From positions 1,472,001 to 1,536,000 of the forward strand of contig CAWJWJ010000002.1 of assembly GCA_963846575.1 (NCBI GenBank): DNA of 64,000 nt, given 5' to 3'. The stretch's first letter is position 1. The number at the start of each line of letters is the position of its first letter. This DNA is from an uncultured Nitrospiraceae bacterium (GTDB taxonomy: Bacteria; Nitrospirota; Nitrospiria; Nitrospirales; Nitrospiraceae). Made by a program: the position numbers and the translations under genes. Below, piece after piece: positions 18,609 to 28,376 of the stretch. Below the pieces are notes generated by a model. That model was not told the DNA's origin. It worked only from the letters and a program-made list of their open reading frames with translations, and ran no database searches.

Positions 18609-19920
18609 GGAGACGTCCTTCTTTCTCTTCCCAGATGGAAATGATCGGAACGAATTTGATGGCGAGCACGTAGAGAAGCACGGCGAGCGCGAAGGACCCG
18701 GCCATGATGGTCAGTTCCACCCAGGAGGGGAAATAATCGCTCCAGTTGTAGCTGAGCCGCGGATGCGCGAGGGGTGGAATGAGGATCAGCATCCGTTCGA
18801 TATACATTCCGACATTGATGCAGAGACCGATCAGCATCATGCCGACGGGCCAATGCCGGAACGCGGGAATGGTCAGCGTCATGAGCGGGAGCACATAGAT
18901 CAACAGGATCATGGTCCAGTGCGGCACGGCAAAGGGTCCGCTCATGAGCGAATGCAGGATGACCATGTGGTCCGGTACCTGGCCGTACCACACCGTCAAT
19001 TGGTCTGTAAAATAGAAATAGGCCAGGGTCAACGTCGTCACGACCATGAGCTTTCCGAGCTTGTCGAAATGCTCCAGGCGTATGTAGGTCTCCAGCCGGT
19101 AAGTCCGCCGCACCAGATAGAGACCGATGGCCACCATGCCCAGCCCGGAATGCACGGCGCCGACGACGAAGGAGGGCGCGATGATCGACGTGTGCCAGCC
19201 CGGCACCAGGGACATGCCGAAATCATAACCGACAATGGAGTGCACCGAAATCATGACCATCACGATCAGCGGGGTAATGATGCGGATGGCCGTGTTGAGC
19301 GCCTGCCATTGCTGCTGGGACCCCTGCCATCCAAGACTGAGCGCGGCATAGATCGGCCGGCGCCAGCCGCTGATGCGATCGCGGGCGAGCGCGAAATCCG
19401 GAATGAGCGGGAGATAGAGGTAAATCGTGCTGGCGGTCGCATAGGTAAACACCGCGGTGGCATCCCACATCAAGGGCGAACGGAAGTCGGGCCAGATTTC
19501 ACGCTGGTTGGGATAGGGAATCAGGTAATACCAGCGCCATGACCGGCCCAGGTGGTAGAAGACGAACAATGTGGCGATCACCACCGAAATGATCGTCATG
19601 AGCTCGGCGATGCGGGTGATCGGGCGGCGCCATTCGGCCTTGGAGAGGCGGAGAACTCCGGAAATGAACGTCCCCGAGTGACTGACGCCGATCCAGTACA
19701 CGAAGGACGCGATATAGGCGCTCCAGAAAATGGGAGGGTGAAGGTTGGTCTGCCCCATTCCGGTCTCGATCTGGTAGATCCAGGCCCCGGCCCCGGCGGA
19801 GACGACGGCGGCCAGACACACCACCAGCAGGACATAGCCGTGGCCCCCAGGGGCCAGCGGAGCCAGCAGATCCCGATTGATGGCCTGCATGTCTTTCCAG
19901 CCGGCGGATCCGTGATTCAT
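18601..19920 (-). CDS. actC: Alternative complex III ActC (NrfD/PsrC family)
   Basis: FVYWIGVSHSGTFIS, WRRPITRIAE, FRSPLMWD, SVHSIV..DF..S.VPGWH. Confidence 0.92.
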   Translation of the reverse strand: MNHGSAGWKDMQAINRDLLAPLAPGGHGYVLLVVCLAAVVSAGAGAWIYQIETGMGQTNLHPPIFWSAYIASFVYWIGVSHSGTFISGVLRLSKAEWRRPITRIAELMTIISVVIATLFVFYHLGRSWRWYYLIPYPNQREIWPDFRSPLMWDATAVFTYATASTIYLYLPLIPDFALARDRISGWRRPIYAALSLGWQGSQQQWQALNTAIRIITPLIVMVMISVHSIVGYDFGMSLVPGWHTSIIAPSFVVGAVHSGLGMVAIGLYLVRRTYRLETYIRLEHFDKLGKLMVVTTLTLAYFYFTDQLTVWYGQVPDHMVILHSLMSGPFAVPHWTMILLIYVLPLMTLTIPAFRHWPVGMMLIGLCINVGMYIERMLILIPPLAHPRLSYNWSDYFPSWVELTIMAGSFALAVLLYVLAIKFVPIISIWEEKEGRLHG

Positions 19921-20639
19921 TCGTCCAACCGTTTGAGATAGGTAATCGCGGGATGCGTGCCCAACGATTCCAGCAGATGGAACCCTCTTCGGCTTTTCGA
20001 CATCTGTGCAACCTGACTGTCCGGATCATTTCCATCGCCGAACACGAGCGCCGTGGTCGGGCAAGACTGCACGCAGGCCGGCGTGATGTCTCCGTCGCGC
20101 ACAGGCCGGCCTTCGCGTTCCGCCTGCTCCTTGCCCTGCCTGATCCGTTGCACGCAAAACGTGCACTTTTCCATGATCCCGTTTTGGCGGACCGTCACAT
20201 CGGGGTTGAGTTGCTCTTGCAAAGGCGGGTCCCAATGCGGATCGAACCAGTTGAACTGCCGGGCGGTGTAGGGACAGTTGTTGCCGCAGTACCGGACTCC
20301 GATGCATCGGTTGTAGACCTGGGCGTTCAACCCCTCCGGCGTGTGATACGAGGCATAGACCGGGCAGACCGGCTCGCAGGGCGCATCCGCGCATTGCTGA
20401 CACAGCACGGGCATAAACTTCGCTTTGACGTCGGGATATTCGCCTTCCCAATACCGTTCGATGCGAATCCAGTTGATCGCACGGCCTTCCGCGGCTTCTT
20501 GCGCGCCGGAAATGCGAATGTTGTTTTCCGCATGGCAGGCGACGACACAGGCTTCACATCCGGTGCAACGATCGAGATCGATGACCATTTGCCAGCGGTG
20601 TGGCCGCGGTTCCGATGTGTGTTCGTGATCTGCGCTCAT
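19917..20639 (-). CDS. Alternative complex III ActB2 Fe-S subunit
   Basis: CTGCEAC..AC, CQQC..APC..VCP, RCIGVRYC.NNCPY, MEKCTFC, PAC..SCP. Confidence 0.92.
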   Translation of the reverse strand: MSADHEHTSEPRPHRWQMVIDLDRCTGCEACVVACHAENNIRISGAQEAAEGRAINWIRIERYWEGEYPDVKAKFMPVLCQQCADAPCEPVCPVYASYHTPEGLNAQVYNRCIGVRYCGNNCPYTARQFNWFDPHWDPPLQEQLNPDVTVRQNGIMEKCTFCVQRIRQGKEQAEREGRPVRDGDITPACVQSCPTTALVFGDGNDPDSQVAQMSKSRRGFHLLESLGTHPAITYLKRLDE

Positions 20640-20702
20640 GAGACGTTCCTCCGGTTTGGCCCGATGCGTGGCACGATTAACGTGACGGTTCCGACCGGGC
20701 CG

Positions 20703-22907
20703 TCACCCCCCGGCCCTATGCGGTTTTTCAATCGAGAGCAAATCGGTCCCGGCGTTGGTCCCGGGATGCTCCAGGAGCACCAGATTGCCGGGAACCGCGA
20801 GCGGTTCGAGTCGAATCCTCGTCGCCCCGAGCGCCAGCGCGCCTGATTCCGCATCGAACAGCGGGGCCAGAATCGAGAGGGGATTGGCCCCCCTGTGACT
20901 CGCGTAGCGACCGTAGTCGGTATGACCCTGGCCGATCGGCATGGCAATGACGTCGGGCCTGATCCCGGGATAGTGCAGAGCCGGCGCATCGATGGATCCA
21001 TGCGGCGAATGGACGCGGACCATGTCGCCCTGGCGTATCCCGTATGACCGGGCCGTTGCCGGATTGATTTCCACCCAGCTCCCCCATATCGCGCTGGTCA
21101 GCGTATCCGGTAATTCCTGTAGCCACGGGAGATTCGCGCCGCGGCCCTGCCCGAGTGTCTGAGAGGGGTAGGGGTAGAAGTGCAGCGGAAAGTCGCGCAC
21201 GTCTCCGTCGAACTGCGCGGGCTCGTAGGCCGGCGGGAACAACCCCATTCGTAAGTGCTGCTTGCTGGTGGAACCGGACGGCCACCAGCCTCCCAGCTGA
21301 AGATGCTGTTCCCAGCGGGTTGCCGAGCCTGGAGGGGGCGACTCCGGGGACGGCGCGAGTCCATCCCACCGTTTCCTGAGCAGCTCAACAAAGCTGCGTG
21401 GGAGTTCGGTATCCGGATGCAAGCGTCGGGTCAGGTCCAGAACCGTCTCTCCCAGAGAGCGGGTATCGTAGAGCGGGGTGACGACCGGCTGAACGAGGCT
21501 CGCGCCTCGCCGCGGGGAGGAGCCGTCCTGAACATGGTCTCCCCAGGTTTCCAGCCGGGAATGGTCAGGAAGGATGAGATCGGCCATCGCGCTCGACTCG
21601 TCGAGGCACGTACTGAAACTTGCGATGAAGGAGGCGCTGGTAAAGAGTTGGCGGATGGGAATCGCCGCCGGCACCGTAAACAGCGGATTGCAATCATACA
21701 GCAGCAGCACCGGTCGCTGATTGCCGGCAGCGGTCGCTCGCGCGAGTTCTCCTATGCGTCGCTCGGAAAGCCACTCCACCTCCGTCCGCTCGCGAAAGGG
21801 CGCGTCGGAATACCAGCGGACGCCACCCTGCCGATTGAGGTTACCCGCCAGGATATTGAGACCGTTGATCGCGAGCTGGGCGGCAAAGGCGTCCGTATGT
21901 GCGCAGGCCGCTCCGCCGCCTATCGCCAGAGGATGTTCGGCGTCGGCGAACGTCCGGGCCATGTCCTGGATCTGGTCCAGCGGAATGTCCGTCCTCGCCG
22001 CCACTTCTCGAAGAGGAAGACTTCCGTAGAATCGTTCGAGCGCCGCCCGCTCTTTCGGGGACAGATCCGCTGTTCCCCCGGTCAACAGCAGTTGCCCGAT
22101 GCCGAGCGCGAGCAAGCCCTCGGTACCGGGCCTGATCGGAACCCACCGATCGGCATTGGCGCCGGTCAGTGACAGACGCGGCTCGATGTGAACGAAGCGG
22201 CCGCGCCGCGTGGGCCGGCCTTGCCGCATATGGCCGAACGCAATCCCGAACGCGACGGGCGATAACCATTGCTCGAGCAGTGGGGCACCGAACGACAAGA
22301 GATAGGTAGCCTGTGCGACATCGTACTGAGGAATGCCACGGACGCCGAATGCTCTCTGCCCGGCCGCCATGAGTGAGAGTTCCGAGTCCGGATCGTAGAA
22401 GAACAGTTTGCCGCCGACCGAACGCACGAAGGTGGACAGGAGGTCCGCCAGCGTTCCCGACAAGGGGCGGCTGATCATGATCACCTGGCCGTCGGCGCCT
22501 CGAAGTTTCTCGGCCAGCTGACTGACCCCCTCATCCCAGGAGGTGGCCGTCCAGTCTCCTTCCGCGCCGGCTGCGTGTCGACGAAGGGGACTGCGGACAC
22601 GGTCGGGGTTGTACAGGCGTTGCAGCGAGGCCTGGCCCTGCGCGCAGAGTTTGCCCTGATTCAACGGGTGCTCCGGATTGCCCTCGATCTTCTTCGCGCG
22701 TCCTTCCATCACCCGCACGATAATTCCACAGCCCGCCTGGCATTCTCCGCAGGTCGAGGCATACCAGTTTGCAATACCGGGTACGATCTCATCGTCGGGC
22801 AGGAGGTAGGGGACCAGATGACGAACTTCGGCATCGCAGCCGGGCAGCACCGTGCTGGCGGCAGTCAATCCGAGTGCTTTCATGAAAGTCCGGCGTTTTA
22901 CATCCAT
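20703..22907 (-). CDS. Alternative complex III ActB1, molybdopterin oxidoreductase-like subunit
   Basis: Tat motif KRRTFMK, LPGC; CGECQAGC...LC; LPWLQELPD..T..W; molydop-binding C-terminus. Confidence 0.9.
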   Translation of the reverse strand: MDVKRRTFMKALGLTAASTVLPGCDAEVRHLVPYLLPDDEIVPGIANWYASTCGECQAGCGIIVRVMEGRAKKIEGNPEHPLNQGKLCAQGQASLQRLYNPDRVRSPLRRHAAGAEGDWTATSWDEGVSQLAEKLRGADGQVIMISRPLSGTLADLLSTFVRSVGGKLFFYDPDSELSLMAAGQRAFGVRGIPQYDVAQATYLLSFGAPLLEQWLSPVAFGIAFGHMRQGRPTRRGRFVHIEPRLSLTGANADRWVPIRPGTEGLLALGIGQLLLTGGTADLSPKERAALERFYGSLPLREVAARTDIPLDQIQDMARTFADAEHPLAIGGGAACAHTDAFAAQLAINGLNILAGNLNRQGGVRWYSDAPFRERTEVEWLSERRIGELARATAAGNQRPVLLLYDCNPLFTVPAAIPIRQLFTSASFIASFSTCLDESSAMADLILPDHSRLETWGDHVQDGSSPRRGASLVQPVVTPLYDTRSLGETVLDLTRRLHPDTELPRSFVELLRKRWDGLAPSPESPPPGSATRWEQHLQLGGWWPSGSTSKQHLRMGLFPPAYEPAQFDGDVRDFPLHFYPYPSQTLGQGRGANLPWLQELPDTLTSAIWGSWVEINPATARSYGIRQGDMVRVHSPHGSIDAPALHYPGIRPDVIAMPIGQGHTDYGRYASHRGANPLSILAPLFDAESGALALGATRIRLEPLAVPGNLVLLEHPGTNAGTDLLSIEKPHRAGG

Positions 22908-22952
22908 ACGCGCTCTGGCTCCCTTCTCAGGGACCGACCATGGAGGTCAGCT

Positions 22953-23471
22953 TCAGTGATGACAGGTCAGGCAGTCTTGAGAGGCGCCTCGCTGCTGATG
23001 GCAGGAGAGACACCACCCCATTTCAAACGTGGCCGCCCGGGGTGTACTGGTCATGTGGTCCACCTGGCCGTGGCATGTCGTGCACTGCAGTCCGTGGGCG
23101 AGGTGCCGCTCATGTGTGAAATACACAAAATCAGGCAGTCGCTGCAGCCGGACCCACGAGACCGGTCGTTGTTCGTTCCAGTGATCGAGCAAGGTCTGAA
23201 TGCCCGGATTGTTGGCGTCGATATTCTGATGGCATCCCATACAGAGCTTCAGGCTCGGGACGCTGGCTGTCGGTGATTGATGTGCGGAGCGATGGCAGAA
23301 CAGACAATCCAGCTTCAGTTGGCCGGCATGAACTTGATGACTGAAGGGGATGGGCTGCCGATCCTGGGCGGCCGAGTCTGCGCTGCCCTTTGAATAGAGG
23401 AGTCCAGCGACCAGTGCGGCTGTGGCGGCCAGTAGGAGAATGCCGAGGCTGTTCCACTTCGAACGATCCAT
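22953..23471 (-). CDS. actA: Alternative complex III ActA pentaheme cytochrome c
   Basis: QPIPFSH..H; five CxxCH (CLFCH, CMGCH, CTTCH, CLSCH, CLTCH); LPDFVYF.H. Confidence 0.92.
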   Translation of the reverse strand: MDRSKWNSLGILLLAATAALVAGLLYSKGSADSAAQDRQPIPFSHQVHAGQLKLDCLFCHRSAHQSPTASVPSLKLCMGCHQNIDANNPGIQTLLDHWNEQRPVSWVRLQRLPDFVYFTHERHLAHGLQCTTCHGQVDHMTSTPRAATFEMGWCLSCHQQRGASQDCLTCHH

Positions 23472-23556
23472 GTACCAGTGTTGCCGATGGCGGTAGAGAG
23501 TACGTAGGACGCGCGCTACGCGCACGTCTTACATATCCTGAACTAGATGAGACTCC

Positions 23557-23576
23557 CACTAGGGAACCCTCCTGCC
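23557..23576 (-). promoter_or_regulatory. Degenerate box facing actA (GGCAGGA-GGGTTC-CCTAGTG) with imperfect -10 TATGTA (23530-23535)
   Basis: One full half-site and the same 21-nt spacing. Confidence 0.45.
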
Positions 23577-23609
23577 TAGAGGGGCCCGCCCCGAGGACTA
23601 CGAGGAGAT

Positions 23610-23629
23610 GGCTAGGGGACCTACTAGCT
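23610..23629 (+). promoter_or_regulatory. Palindromic box GGCTAGG-GGACCT-ACTAGCT with -10 TACAGT (23651-23656)
   Basis: 21-nt spacing; faces the OMP-slp-ligD genes. Confidence 0.65.
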
Positions 23630-23923
23630 CCCACACCGAAACAGCATGAGTACAGTGAGGGGCGTCCAGCAGCCTAGGAAGTGCCGCAGCAAGTATCGAC
23701 AGGCGGACGGAGGAGACTGGTCGTGCGTGGGCGACCGCTTGAAACCCGATTGACGGCATGATCAGATGAAGAGCAGAACAGGCGCCGAACCGCTCAGGAC
23801 AAGACCGGCGAGGCTGCTCGCAGGCTGGAGCTCAACATTCCGTCATCATTCCGTTATCCGATTATCCTGAACGGGTCTATCGAGCCGCAATCGGCTGCCC
23901 GAGTGAGAGAGATCGAGGACATC

Positions 23924-24559
23924 ATGACCGCATGGATCAGAACGACCACCATTGTGGTAGGCATCCTGCTCGTGGCAGGAGTCGCGCCGGTTCGTCCTGC
24001 GATGGCAGAATGGTATGTGGCGGGCCAGTTCGGCGCGAACTTTGCGGATCAACTCAGCGATATCCGGGGCACCGGCGGACTCAGCGGATTCAGGGCGCCG
24101 GATTTCGACATGCAGAATTCATTCGCGTATGGGGGAAAGCTGGGTTTGTTTCCAGGCAACGGCTGGTTCGGCCTGGAGCTCGACGTGTTCAATAGCACTC
24201 CTCACATCAAAAACCTCGACAATGTGCCCGGTATTCACATGCGGGTGACGAACGTGGGGGTCAATCTGCTGGCGCGGTACCCGGGTGTGACCTTCCAGCC
24301 CTATGCGGGAATCGGCGCCGGTGCGGCCATCGCGCGGATCGGTGATTCGGCCACCACCCGTGCCAATACCGACGTGTCATCCGCCCTGAACTTACTCATC
24401 GGCATCAGGGCCTTCGTCACGCCCTATGTCGCGGTTTTCACCGAATACAAATTCAGTCAATCGACGTTTGAGTTCGACAAGGCGTTCGGCCCGACGAGCG
24501 GATTCAATGGAAATTACGATGCGCAAATTCTGGTCACGGGTTTCTCCTATCACTTTTGA
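23924..24559 (+). CDS. Outer-membrane beta-barrel protein
   Basis: Signal peptide ending AMA; QPYAGIG; terminal GFSYHF. Confidence 0.85.
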   Translation: MTAWIRTTTIVVGILLVAGVAPVRPAMAEWYVAGQFGANFADQLSDIRGTGGLSGFRAPDFDMQNSFAYGGKLGLFPGNGWFGLELDVFNSTPHIKNLDNVPGIHMRVTNVGVNLLARYPGVTFQPYAGIGAGAAIARIGDSATTRANTDVSSALNLLIGIRAFVTPYVAVFTEYKFSQSTFEFDKAFGPTSGFNGNYDAQILVTGFSYHF

Positions 24560-25289
24560 ACAACGGGCATGGCCGCAAGACCTGGTCGCCGCGGTCCTGC
24601 TTCCCCTGTTCCTGTTGTGTGGCGCCTGCGCGCAAAGCGCGCATCAATCCGGCCGTGATTTGCTCGATCGTGTGCTACCGGACCGGGTGCAGCAGCAGGT
24701 CGATGAGTCCATCTCGTTCGCGGAGCTGAAGGCCGATCCCGCAGCCTACCAGGGCAAGACCATCATGGTGAGCGGCATCGTGCTGAAGAGTAAACGGGTG
24801 AAGGATCGAACGGAGATCGAAGTGTTGCAGATCCCGACCGGGTCCGGCGCCGTGCCGACCAAAGATCGAGCGAGGTCTCAGGGACGGTTTCTTGCGGTGA
24901 AGAGCGGGGAGTTCCTCGATCCGGCCGTGGTGGACGCGGGGACCCCGGTGACGGTGGTCGGTGAGGTGAGTCCAGCCGTGACCCGGGCCATGGACGAGGG
25001 CGAATACACCTATCCCGTTCTCGAAGTGAAACATCTGGTGGATTGGGATGAGGTCAATCCACAGATGCGCGCGGCGCCTTACGCCTATCCCTACGGTCGA
25101 TCCATGTACGCCTACCCCTATTCCTATTGGGGGCCGTACGGCGGATGGGGCGGCTGGTATGGCGGCTCTCCGGGCTACGGGTATGGATACCCCTTTTATG
25201 GGCCGTTCTACGGCATCGGGGGCGGGGGCGGTTCATCCGCTCCCAGCGGGCCGCCTCCGTCCTCCGCCCCGCCGCAGTTCAAAAAGTGA
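24519..25289 (+). CDS. Slp family lipoprotein with G/Y/P-rich tail (start uncertain)
   Basis: CGAC lipobox; TEIEVLQ.P, QGRFLA...FLDPA, VTVVG, YTYP. Confidence 0.8.
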   Translation: MRKFWSRVSPITFEQRAWPQDLVAAVLLPLFLLCGACAQSAHQSGRDLLDRVLPDRVQQQVDESISFAELKADPAAYQGKTIMVSGIVLKSKRVKDRTEIEVLQIPTGSGAVPTKDRARSQGRFLAVKSGEFLDPAVVDAGTPVTVVGEVSPAVTRAMDEGEYTYPVLEVKHLVDWDEVNPQMRAAPYAYPYGRSMYAYPYSYWGPYGGWGGWYGGSPGYGYGYPFYGPFYGIGGGGGSSAPSGPPPSSAPPQFKK

Positions 25290-25327
25290 TCTGACGCACC
25301 CGCATCTCCTCGTGGAGCAGGCCAGCT

Positions 25328-27940
25328 ATGGGGCTCCGGCAATATTGGAACAAGCGCAATTTCAAAGAAACGCCTGAACCCCGGGGCAAATCTGTGCCGG
25401 CGACGGGGCGGTTGCGGTTCGTCGTGCAGAAACACGCCGCCAGCCGTCTCCATTACGATTTTCGCCTGGAGTTGGAAGGCACGTTGAAGAGTTGGGCCGT
25501 CCCCAAGGGACCCAGTCTGGATCCGAAACAGAAACGGCTCGCGGTCCATGTCGAGGACCATCCGATCGATTATGCCGCTTTCGAAGGCATCATTCCCGCC
25601 GAACAGTATGGCGGGGGCACTGTCCTGCTCTGGGATCAAGGACATTGGGAGGCGATCGGGGATCCCCTGTCGAGTTATCGCCGGGGTCGACTCAAGTTTT
25701 CCCTTTATGGAGAAAAGCTGCGGGGCATCTGGAATCTCGTTCGTATGGGCAGACGGGAAGAGGCGGGCAAAGAGAACTGGCTTTTGATCAAGGAAAAGGA
25801 TGACGAAGCCAGACAGGGTAAGAAAGGCGATGTCACAGACCTCCATACGGGGAGCGTGGCCAGCGGCAGGACGATCGAACAGATTGCCAGCGGGAACCCT
25901 GCGGTCTGGCACTCGAACCGAGCGCCTGCCACGAAGGCCCGGGCGGTCTCGAAACGGCGGGCTGTCACCGGTGCTCCGGCTCCCGGAGCGCGCAAGGCGC
26001 GACAGGAAGCGCGGATCACCCCGCAACTGGCGACCCTGGTGGATGACTCTCCGGAGGGAGAGGGGTGGGTGCATGAACTCAAATATGACGGCTATCGAAT
26101 CCTCTGCCGGATCAAGGACGGCTCCGCTGCCCTATTCACCAGAAATGGCAATGACTGGACCGGCAAGCTCCCCCATATCGCCGCGGCCGCGGCCCGCCTG
26201 CCCCTCAAGACCGCCTGGCTCGACGGCGAAGTGGTGGCCCTGCTGCCGGACGGGCGCGTCAGTTTTCAAACGTTGCAGAACGCCTTTGAAACGCATTCGG
26301 ACAGCCATCTGGTCTATTTTGTTTTCGATCTGCTGTATCTCGACGGCTACGATCTGCGGTCCGTACCGCTGATCGATCGGAAACGTTTGCTGGCCCCCCT
26401 CGTCGAGGACCGTTCGGGCTCCTCCGTGATTCAATATAGCGATCACATCACGGGGCAAGGGGATGTCGCCTTTGCCGAGGCCTGCCGCAGCGGCATGGAA
26501 GGCTTGATCGCAAAGCGCGTCGATGCGTCCTATGGAGCGGGAAGAAATCGGAACTGGGTCAAGGTGAAGTGTGGACACCGGCAGGAATTCGTGATCGGCG
26601 GATTTACCGATCCCGCGGGATCACGAACCGCCTTCGGGGCGTTGCTCCTCGGGGTGTACGACCACCAAGGCCGGCTTCAATTTGCCGGCCGGACCGGAAC
26701 GGGGTTTTCCGATCGGTCGCTCAAGGAATTACACGCCCGCCTCAAGAAACTCGAGCAGGCCACTTGTCCGTTTGTGAATCCGCCCAAGGGCAGCGGCCGC
26801 CGGGGCGTGCACTGGGTCAGCCCGGTGCTGGTCGCTGAGGTCGCCTTTGCCGAGTGGACGAACGAAGGTCAACTGAGACAGGCTTCATTTCAAGGCCTGC
26901 GTGAAGATAAACAAGCCCGGTCAGTGCTTCGTGAGCGACCGGACGTCAAGAATTCCAGTGGGGGATCCCGTAAGGACGCTGCTGCGGGACGCGGCGGCCG
27001 AAAGGTCAAGAGCCACGTGGCGACCGGCTCGAGCCCTCGGTCGTCAAACAACGACACGCTGGTCGGAGGCGTGAGACTGACCCATCCGGACCGCCTGCTG
27101 TTCCCGGAACAGGGCGTCACCAAATTAGCGTTGGCCCAGTATTACGAGAGCGTCAGCGACTGGATCCTGCCGCACGTCGAGGACCGGCCGCTGACTCTGG
27201 TCCGTTGTCCGGACGGATACAAGAAGGAATGTTTCTATCAAAAACACGCGAGTGATCACATCCCCGAAGAAGTCGGACGGGTCGAGATACCAGAAGAAAA
27301 GGGGAGTTCCTGTTATATGGTCGCAGACTCGCTCGAAGCATTGGTGGGATTGGTACAGATGGGGGTTTTGGAACTGCATACCTGGGGGGCGAAGCGGGAT
27401 AAGCTCGAGCGGCCGGATCGCATGATCCTGGATCTGGATCCGGATCCCGCGGTCGAGTGGGCGGACGTGCTCGAAGGCGCCCAGCTGCTGCGTACGCTGC
27501 TCGACGAATTGAACCTCGCGTCTTTCGTCAAGACCACCGGCGGGAAAGGCCTTCATGTCGTGGTGCCCTTGCAGCGTGTCCACAGCTGGGACGAGGTGAA
27601 GACGTTTTCCAAGGCCCTGGCGGACCATCTCGTCCGGCAGATTCCTGACCGTTTCCTGGCGACCATGTCCAAACAGAAGCGAAGGGGAAAGATCTACGTA
27701 GATTACTTGCGTAACGCCCGAGGCGCCACGGCCGTCGCCGCCTATTCCACGCGGGCCAGGCCGGGCGCACCGGTGTCGGTGCCGTTGGCCTGGGATGAAC
27801 TATCGGTCGACATACGCTCCGATCATTTCACACTTTCCAATGTGCAGGATCGGCTCCGTCGGCTGCGCAAGGATCCCTGGCAGGACTACTCGCGGACCAG
27901 GCAGAGAATCACGCGCACGATGATGACGAGCCTCACCTGA
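25328..27940 (+). CDS. ligD: DNA ligase D (phosphoesterase-ligase-polymerase)
   Basis: FVVQKHAASRLHYDFRLE; ELKYDGYR; DLDP, KTTGGKGLH, YVDYLRN. Confidence 0.97.
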   Translation: MGLRQYWNKRNFKETPEPRGKSVPATGRLRFVVQKHAASRLHYDFRLELEGTLKSWAVPKGPSLDPKQKRLAVHVEDHPIDYAAFEGIIPAEQYGGGTVLLWDQGHWEAIGDPLSSYRRGRLKFSLYGEKLRGIWNLVRMGRREEAGKENWLLIKEKDDEARQGKKGDVTDLHTGSVASGRTIEQIASGNPAVWHSNRAPATKARAVSKRRAVTGAPAPGARKARQEARITPQLATLVDDSPEGEGWVHELKYDGYRILCRIKDGSAALFTRNGNDWTGKLPHIAAAAARLPLKTAWLDGEVVALLPDGRVSFQTLQNAFETHSDSHLVYFVFDLLYLDGYDLRSVPLIDRKRLLAPLVEDRSGSSVIQYSDHITGQGDVAFAEACRSGMEGLIAKRVDASYGAGRNRNWVKVKCGHRQEFVIGGFTDPAGSRTAFGALLLGVYDHQGRLQFAGRTGTGFSDRSLKELHARLKKLEQATCPFVNPPKGSGRRGVHWVSPVLVAEVAFAEWTNEGQLRQASFQGLREDKQARSVLRERPDVKNSSGGSRKDAAAGRGGRKVKSHVATGSSPRSSNNDTLVGGVRLTHPDRLLFPEQGVTKLALAQYYESVSDWILPHVEDRPLTLVRCPDGYKKECFYQKHASDHIPEEVGRVEIPEEKGSSCYMVADSLEALVGLVQMGVLELHTWGAKRDKLERPDRMILDLDPDPAVEWADVLEGAQLLRTLLDELNLASFVKTTGGKGLHVVVPLQRVHSWDEVKTFSKALADHLVRQIPDRFLATMSKQKRRGKIYVDYLRNARGATAVAAYSTRARPGAPVSVPLAWDELSVDIRSDHFTLSNVQDRLRRLRKDPWQDYSRTRQRITRTMMTSLT

Positions 27941-27974
27941 TTTTCGAAACAGCACCAGGGTGCTTTGATTTGTG

Positions 27975-27994
27975 ACCTGGGGGGACTGCTAGTA
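27975..27994 (+). promoter_or_regulatory. Degenerate box ACCTGGG-GGGACT-GCTAGTA with imperfect -10 TATCAG (28016-28021)
   Basis: Same geometry, about 78 nt before the 28072 ATG. Confidence 0.5.
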
Positions 27995-28071
27995 GAGCGG
28001 ACATTACGGTTTTGATATCAGTGAGCATGACATTCGGTCGCACTCACTGAACCATTCGAAAGGAGAGCCGT

Positions 28072-28332
28072 ATGAACGCCACGACGATGACCATCCCCAC
28101 TGTGACGAGGAACCGGCATGACGCCAGGTCTGGCGCATGTGATTCCCCCAGCTGTACTCGATGCGGTGGATTACTGGTCGACGAGCGCTGCATGGACATC
28201 GGTGAAAGCCTGGGTGGGTACTGGTTCATGGCCATGCGCTGCGTGCAATGTGGCGATATCGTCGACGAAGTGATTTTACGGAATCGGTATGCGCAGCTCC
28301 CGACGAATCAAGAGATCGTGCGCGCGGCGTGA
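28072..28332 (+). CDS. Small zinc-ribbon-like protein
   Basis: AAGGAG RBS; CTRCGG...RCVQCGD. Confidence 0.75.
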   Translation: MNATTMTIPTVTRNRHDARSGACDSPSCTRCGGLLVDERCMDIGESLGGYWFMAMRCVQCGDIVDEVILRNRYAQLPTNQEIVRAA

Positions 28333-28376
28333 CGAGCGCAGCCCGGGTACGCCGCTCACTGCGACGAGGAGGGGGT

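Noticed and set aside
25100..25280. Low-complexity G/Y/P repeats
   Set aside because: Coding tail of the Slp lipoprotein, not a CRISPR or DNA tandem repeat
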